NCBI RefSeq assembly: GCF_018977255.1
Contig: NW_024704743.1
Location: 186,001 to 250,000 of the forward strand
Length of the DNA: 64,000 nt
Reading direction: 5' to 3'
DNA from: Callorhinchus milii
Taxonomy: Eukaryota
Shown: positions 58,008-64,000 of the stretch, one piece after another
Layout: each line of letters begins with the position of its first letter
Position numbering within the stretch: the first letter of the stretch is position 1
Made by a program: the position numbers and the translations under genes
The notes under the pieces: generated by a model
The model's input: only the letters and a program-made list of their open reading frames with translations
Told to the model about the DNA's origin: nothing
Databases searched by the model: none

Positions 58008-60292
58008 GATGGTTAGGGTGAGGGGAGGGAGCGAGGAGGGGGGAGATGGTCAGGGTGAGGGGAGGGAAGGGAGGGAGCGAGGAGGGGGAGATGGTCAGGG
58101 TGAGGGGAGGGGAGGGGAGGGGAGGGAGGGAGCGAGGAAGGGGCAGAGAGTCGAGGGGGGAGCTGAAGGCACGGTCCAAGAGAAAGGTCTTGAGAAAGGT
58201 AGCGCCTTCATGTTGGGAGGACATGTCAAAGCAAGTATTATTACTGTTATATACTGAAACTGAAACTCGCAACCTTCTGACTCAGAGGCGAGAGGGTAAG
58301 TGACTGAGCCGGGCTGACACATGCGGAGAGTAGCCAGTGGTCACCGAGGAAGTGATGACTTCTACATTCCTACTGTCTATTGTCGGGAACTGTTTACAAG
58401 TCTGGCCAGAGCGAGCGAGAGAGAGCGAGAGCGAGAGAGAGAGAGAGCGAGAGAGAGAGACTCTATCCCTGACTACCAGTCACCCTCTGTCTACACATTA
58501 CACTAAAAATAGGTCTCCTTTCATTACTTGCAATTTCCCAGATCACATGAAGAGAGAGTGGGAGTTAACGATAACATCAGTGTACAAAAAAATAACTCAT
58601 AATATATTCACTCCCCGGCTGTTTGTTGGGCATTGAAATACCTCTGTGTAGCGACACCTTCGTATAGTCCGATATTGACACCTCTATGTAGTAGTTAACC
58701 AGCGCATTGGTTAGAGGACCCGGGGTTCGATCCCCGGGTGGGGCCAAACCTTGGGCAAGTTTCCTTACTCCGCGGGCCTCTGTTTGCCCGGCAGTCAGTG
58801 GGGAACCCGGTTGTTAGTCGAAGGCGCTATATCAAACGCAAGGATTATGATGATGTGATCCCCAAGTCCTGACGTGGGGAATGGAGCCCACGAGCTTCTG
58901 ACGAGGTGGTGGTGGTGGTGGAGGGGAGTGGGGGGTGCGGGGAGGGGGGGGTGACATGGGAATCACCTTCCTGTGGTCTTATAAGGTCCTCTCTGATCTG
59001 GGTGTGTGCGGTCGCCTGAGCTGGACGGTGTCGGGGCCGCTCTGTGCTTGATGAGAACACTGCTATTTCCGGTGATCCAGAACCTCGTCAACGTCTAATT
59101 CTGCTCCCAGTGAGCAGCGCTGTGTCAGAGGGCAAAGGCAACACGAGCGAGTCCCAGGGTCGGGGTGACTCAACAGAGAACCAGCCATTAACACCCCCCC
59201 ACACACCCCCACCCCCGACTAGATCCGACCTCATCAGCAAAGAATGTGACACGGACATCGCAATAATAATAATAATAAAAATCCATGCATTTGATGCAAC
59301 GCCTTCGAGACGTCTCGCAGAGCAATTGGCTGCTGAGTTTCGCCCACAGTCACTACACTTTGTCAAATGTATCAAGCGCAAGGATTATTATTGTTGTTGT
59401 TGTTGTTATCGCACAAGTGAGAGCGCGCCCGAGAGATGCAGACGTGAAAGGTGGCCACTAGAGGGCACTGTATCACAAGCAGTTGCTCCAATGGTGTCCC
59501 AAGACCACAAGATTGGGTTTGGAATGAAGACCCTTTTGGCCCATCTGGTCTCCCCCCTCTCTAGGACACCCACCCTACCGCTTCCCCGCCCCCACCCCCT
59601 GTAGTCGCTCAGTCCACGACTGTTTGTAGGATTCCGCTGTCCGCCATCGGCTGCCGCGTTTCACCCAGGAAATACACAGTCACTCCACTTCGCAGTGTAT
59701 TCTGTGAGGTGCTTGAGGACAGCTCAACGACGTGATCAGGCGCTGTAGCAAATGCAAGGATCATTATTACTGTTGTGTGTTTAAATGCTATTTACGATGA
59801 TCCCGATCCCGCGGCCTGGGGTCTATGGTGGGGATTCCACCGCTATTTCAGTCTCGACACAATTGTAAGGGAGAGAGTAGGAGGATTTGGGGAGTGTGGG
59901 GTGCGGGAGGGGGGGAGGGGGGGGGTGATGGGAACAGGGAACGTGTGAGATCATGGCTATCTGGGAAGTGTCCAGGAACAGGTGCCGATGGAATGATAGG
60001 AACGTAGGGGTGACATGGCTGCTTCCCTCCCCCTTCCCCCCCCCCCTCCCCTGGGAGAGCGACAGCAATCCTGAGCCCCTATTAATAGATCGCGTTCACC
60101 CTCCTAACATAGCCCTCGGCACATAGATAAAACCAGCTGTCATCGGCTCCCAGAGTCCGAAAGAGACTGAGCCTGAGCCTGAGCCGGGAGCGGACTTCCT
60201 TTCACATAGAGCCATTCAGACACTCAGAATTCCTGTCTTCCCGCAGGGAAACTAGCACATCCCGGGATCTCTCCGTCCCGGAGAAGGCTGAG
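53618..60292 (+). CDS. XIRP1: 5' coding exons of a XIRP/LIMA1-family actin-binding protein, probably a long XIRP1 isoform; gene continues beyond the window
   Basis: Phase-consistent exons 53618-53721 (MEPEDTMRRAHSMWNLSVSDSENSQRLSVSQLVTR), 55153-55204 (FQSIHDLRSADTEQEER), 56155-56499 (LRQLFE, KYKSMENL, DIRNLRSIFEK), 56866-56962 and possibly 60247-60292. The RRxxS...SVSQLVxR(F/Y)Q and LRxxFE motifs recall XIRP/LIMA1 N-termini. Probable non-coding exon ending at donor 52621. Identity comes from motif recall and synteny only; no Xin repeats are visible in the window. Confidence 0.5.
55698..56042. repeat. (AC)n/AGAT compound microsatellite
   Basis: Directly visible. Confidence 0.92.
57820..58140. 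repeat. G-rich tandem repeat (GGAGATGGTCAGGGTGAGGGGAGG unit) with long poly-G runs
   Basis: About 6 units; poly-G at about 57928-58006. Confidence 0.88.
58360..58990. promoter_or_regulatory. Candidate striated-muscle enhancer
   Basis: MCAT CATTCCT at 58365-58371, perfect MEF2 CTAAAAATAG at 58503-58512, GGAATG at about 58878, CArG-like TCTTATAAGG at 58977-58986. Confidence 0.5.
60075..60292 (+). promoter_or_regulatory. Probable internal muscle promoter and first exon of a short XIRP1-like isoform
   Basis: Perfect MEF2 CTATTAATAG at 60079-60088, GATAAAA at 60126-60132, E-box CAGCTG at 60134-60139, strong donor GAG|GTGAGT at 60292. Confidence 0.5.
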
Positions 60293-60377
60293 GTGAGTCC
60301 TCTTGCTTTCCGCCCTCCAGTCCTGCTCGGAAGAGGCTCGATATAAATGCAAGTTGTTGTTTTTGTTGTTGGGGGGG

Positions 60378-60411
<34 letters not shown>

Positions 60412-60502
60412 GAGAAAGAGCTCAGATTGAGGTTGAGAGAGGAATGGACACGGCTCGAATGAGCCGTTCTCTCGTTGTGTGTCTCGGTGGTAGCGCTCTC
60501 TC

Positions 60503-60536
<34 letters not shown>

Positions 60537-61479
60537 GCCCCTGGAGTCAGAAGTTTGTGGGTTCAAGCCCCGCTTCGGGAATCGGAATCACGTGGTCTCA
60601 GAAATGTTTTCACACTCAAGAGTTGTTGGGGGTCGAGAATACTCTGCCCAGTCGGGTGGGAGAGGCAGAGAAGATTGTGGGCTTCAAGCGTGAAATAGCT
60701 GAGTATATAATTATGATAATAGTCCTTGCACTTGATCCAGCGCCTCATCACATCGTCTCAAAGCGCTTACACAGAATATACTATGAAGTGGAGTGACTGT
60801 GGATTTTGTGGCAGAAACGCGGCAGCCAATTCCACACAGCGGCGTCCCACAAACGTTCGGGGAAAGTGGGGAGAGGGGGGGAATTATCACCCCCGATCCG
60901 CCAATTAACGCACAACCTGCCTTTGCCCACAAAAATATACGGTCAATTACGCTTCACAGTATATTCTGTGAAATGCTTTGAGACGTCTCGATAAGGTGCG
61001 ATGCGAAAGACAAGGATTATTACTATTATGTTACTTACTGCTGAGGTGTGTGTGTGTGTGTGTGTGTGTGGGGAGTGAGGAAACTTGCCTAAGATTTTGC
61101 CCCGGGTCCTCTCGCTCGCTCGCGAGGCGAGGGTCTCTAACCGCTGAGCTACAGGACTCCTATGCGTAGGAGTTTGGGGAAAGGGCAGTGCCCCAGTCTG
61201 GGCAGTGGGATCGGATGGACGGCTTCTCTGAGAGGAACCGAATGGCCCACGTTCTGCGCCAAGTCATGTGTTTATTTCCGGCTGATCGGAGATTTGGCTG
61301 CGGGAAGAGACAAGTTTAAGATGATCTGAAATAGAATTAAAGTGGGGGTTGGGGGGGGGAAATAAATGCCTCGCACAGAGAGCGGTGGGAATGTGGGACT
61401 CCCAACCGCACTCTCCGTTTGAGGCGGGTGGGTCGGTGGGTGAGACCAAATTCCATAGTCAACCCAGCAGCTGCTGTGG

Positions 61480-61546
61480 AGAGAAAGAGAAAGAAAAAGT
61501 AAGAGAGAGAGAGAGAGAGAGAGATGGAGATAGAGAGTCAAAGAGA

Positions 61547-61580
<34 letters not shown>

Positions 61581-61745
61581 TGAAGAGATTTTTCGCCCAC
61601 AAAATATACAGTCAATTCACTTTACTGCGAAATGCTTTGAGATGTCTCGAAGACGTATCAAATGCAAGGATTATTATTATTACTATTATAGATGGACAGA
61701 GCGGGAGATGGAGAGAGTCGGGGAGAGTCAGAGTATGTAAGACAC

Positions 61746-61778
<33 letters not shown>

Positions 61779-62444
61779 AAAAGAGAATGAATGACAGAAA
61801 GGAAGATCTAGAGAGGGAGAGAAGAGGGGGATAGAGAGAGAGTCAAAAAGTGATCGAGAGAGAGAGAGAGAGAGAGATGGGGAGAGAGAAAGAGAGAGAG
61901 AATCAGAGAGAAGGGCAGAGAGAGAGAGAGAGAGAGAAAGAGAGCGAGAGAGAGAATCAAAGAGTGAGAGAGATTAGGAGAAAGGGAGAGAGAGAGAGAG
62001 AGAGAGAGATACAAGGAGAGAGGCTTCGGATTCTGTTCCAGGAATAGTGAGTGTCTGCATTCCGGCCAAACACAGCCAGGAAACCGCGAGCGAGAGGGGA
62101 CCCGGGTTCGATTCCCGGGCAGGACAGGGGGCGAAACCTTAGGCAAGTTTCCTTACCCCCCTCCACACACACACACACACACACACCCCTCTGTTTACAC
62201 CGCAGTCAGTAAGAACCCGGTTGTTAAGTCGATTGGCAGATCGCCTTTTTCCGAAGGGGTAACAACCCCTCCCCACAAAAACTTGGTCACTCAATCCACG
62301 ACTGTTTGCGGGGACGTCGCTGTGCGCAATTGGCTGCCGCGCTTGGCCCACAACCCAGTCACTACGCTCGACAGTGTGTCCTGCGAAGGGCTTTTGAGGC
62401 GTCTCGATGACACCATAAAGCGCTATATCAATTGCAAGGATTAC

Positions 62445-62476
<32 letters not shown>

Positions 62477-62634
62477 GTCACCCACAACCAGTCTCAAACG
62501 ACTTGACGCGGAATTGCTGTCAAATGTGACTGTGTCCGTTTGTGGGGCTGAGAAGAGGGGAATCGGTTTCCTCTCTTCTACTATCTCCGTCTTCTCTTTC
62601 TCACTCTCTTTCTCTGTCTGTCTTTTTCTCTGTC

Positions 62635-62666
<32 letters not shown>

Positions 62667-63152
62667 GCTGTGGTCTGCTCCTGTTTCTCCCTCTCCCCCT
62701 CTCTTTGTCTCACCCTTTCCCTCTCTCTTTCCCTCTCTCTGTCTGTCTTTGTCTGTCTCTCTCTCTCTCTCTGTATATATATATATATATATATATGTGT
62801 GTCTCTCTCTCTCTCTCTGCCACTCTCTGTCGCTCTTTCTCTACCTTCCTCTCTGTTACTCTCCCTCTGTGTCTCTGCCTCTCTCACTCTATCTCTCCGT
62901 GGCTCTCTCTTGGTCTCTCGCTCTATCCGTCTCTCTCTCTCTCTCTCTCTGTCTGTCTGTCTCTCTCTGTGTAATAATCCCTCCACCAAAAACTGAGAGA
63001 TTATTAACTGAGGGATTAATAAATTATTTATTTATCCCTTTATATCTCTGTCTATCTCTGTATCTCTCTCTCTCTCATCTCTCTCTCTCTCTCTCTCTCC
63101 CTCTTTGTGTCTCTGTCTCTCTCACTCTCTCTGCCTCTCTCTGTCTCTCTCT
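61480..63152. repeat. (GA)n tracts (61480-62010) and (CT)n tracts (62590-63152)
   Basis: Directly visible low-complexity purine and pyrimidine tracts. Confidence 0.9.
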
Positions 63153-64000
63153 CCGAGTGCCGGGTGATGTATGTGCTGTGTCCCCACCAGGTCAATGTGA
63201 GCGCAGTCAGTCAATCCACTGTTATTTTCTTTGTCCTCGTTCATCCAAGTGGAATTTGGCTGAGAGCAGGCGGAGAGGGGGGGGGGGGGCGGGCGGGCGG
63301 GGGAATGGGGAATAGTAGGTGGATGGAGGAGGGTCGGGGGGTGGGGGGGGGACACGGGACAGTATGACTGTCTGACTGGTGGAGAGTGCGCAGGGGAGGG
63401 AAGAGAGAGAGGTTGAAAGGACAGGGGAAGAGGACTGGGGGTGGGGGGGCTGGGGTGGTGGGAGGGTGGGGTGGGGGGGGCCGGGGTAGGGTGAGGTGGG
63501 GGGAGAGCGACACACGGAAACACAGCAACGGGCGTTCAGTGTGAGCCCGAGAGCGACTCCTCCGGGTGGTCTAACGCGCGGAATTTCTTAACAGATTTCC
63601 CAGTATCACACCGCGGGGTTAATTAAGTTGACCCCAACGTTCCCAGTGATTTCCCCCCCAACCCCAAACGCGGGAGTCATACCTCTCTCTCTCTCTCTCT
63701 CTCCCGCGGTCCTGACTGTAGCTCAGTGGTGAGAGCCACTCTCGCCTCGCAAGCGAGAGGTACCGGGTTCGATTCCCGGGCTGGTCAGGGCGGGTTTCCT
63801 CACTCCACACGCACACGCACACACACAGACACGCACACGCATGCACACACACGCCTCTGTTTACTTCGGAGTAAGTAGGAAGAGTCAGTCGATCGGCGCA
63901 TCGCTTTTCCGGGGGGGGGAGAGGGGGTAATAAACCCTCGCCCCCCCCCCCAAAAAAAAAAGTCATTCATCGGTCACTCGATCCACCCACGGTCGCGCGG

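Noticed and set aside
62474..63315. Glu/Arg-rich and Ser/Leu-rich ORFs (171-257 aa)
   Set aside because: They are translations of (CT)n/(GA)n microsatellites.

Overview
Repeat-rich vertebrate genomic DNA, most likely from a cartilaginous fish (inferred from the tRNA-derived Deu-type SINE, L2 and CR1 content; species not determinable). From left to right: (1) PTPN23/HD-PTP on the minus strand, 25 exons from the ATG at 21419 running off the left edge, with a CpG-island promoter at about 21420-21700 and one GC-AG intron. (2) Three tandem 8-exon chymotrypsin-like elastase (CELA/CTRC-type) genes on the plus strand at 24493-31213, 35364-42437 and 44445-49263. The middle copy has an antisense CR1 fragment where the start of exon 5 should be, removing the catalytic Asp102 segment, although an in-frame rescue acceptor exists and the other exons are intact. 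(3) An orphan minus-strand 3'UTR-like stretch at about 49.6-52.3 kb. (4) 5' exons of a probable XIRP1/LIMA1-family gene on the plus strand (53618 onward), followed by MEF2/MCAT/CArG-like sites and a probable internal muscle promoter near 60.1 kb. Introns are packed with SINE, L2 and CR1 fragments, a Tigger-like transposase relic and several minisatellites. Sense-oriented L2/SINE tails repeatedly end next to 3' splice acceptors. Most ORFs in the supplied track are repeat or antisense artefacts. I found no CRISPR, rRNA or real tRNA genes and no clearly new biological system; the best leads are the Asp-less elastase copy, the tail-at-acceptor pattern and the two-promoter XIRP1-like architecture.
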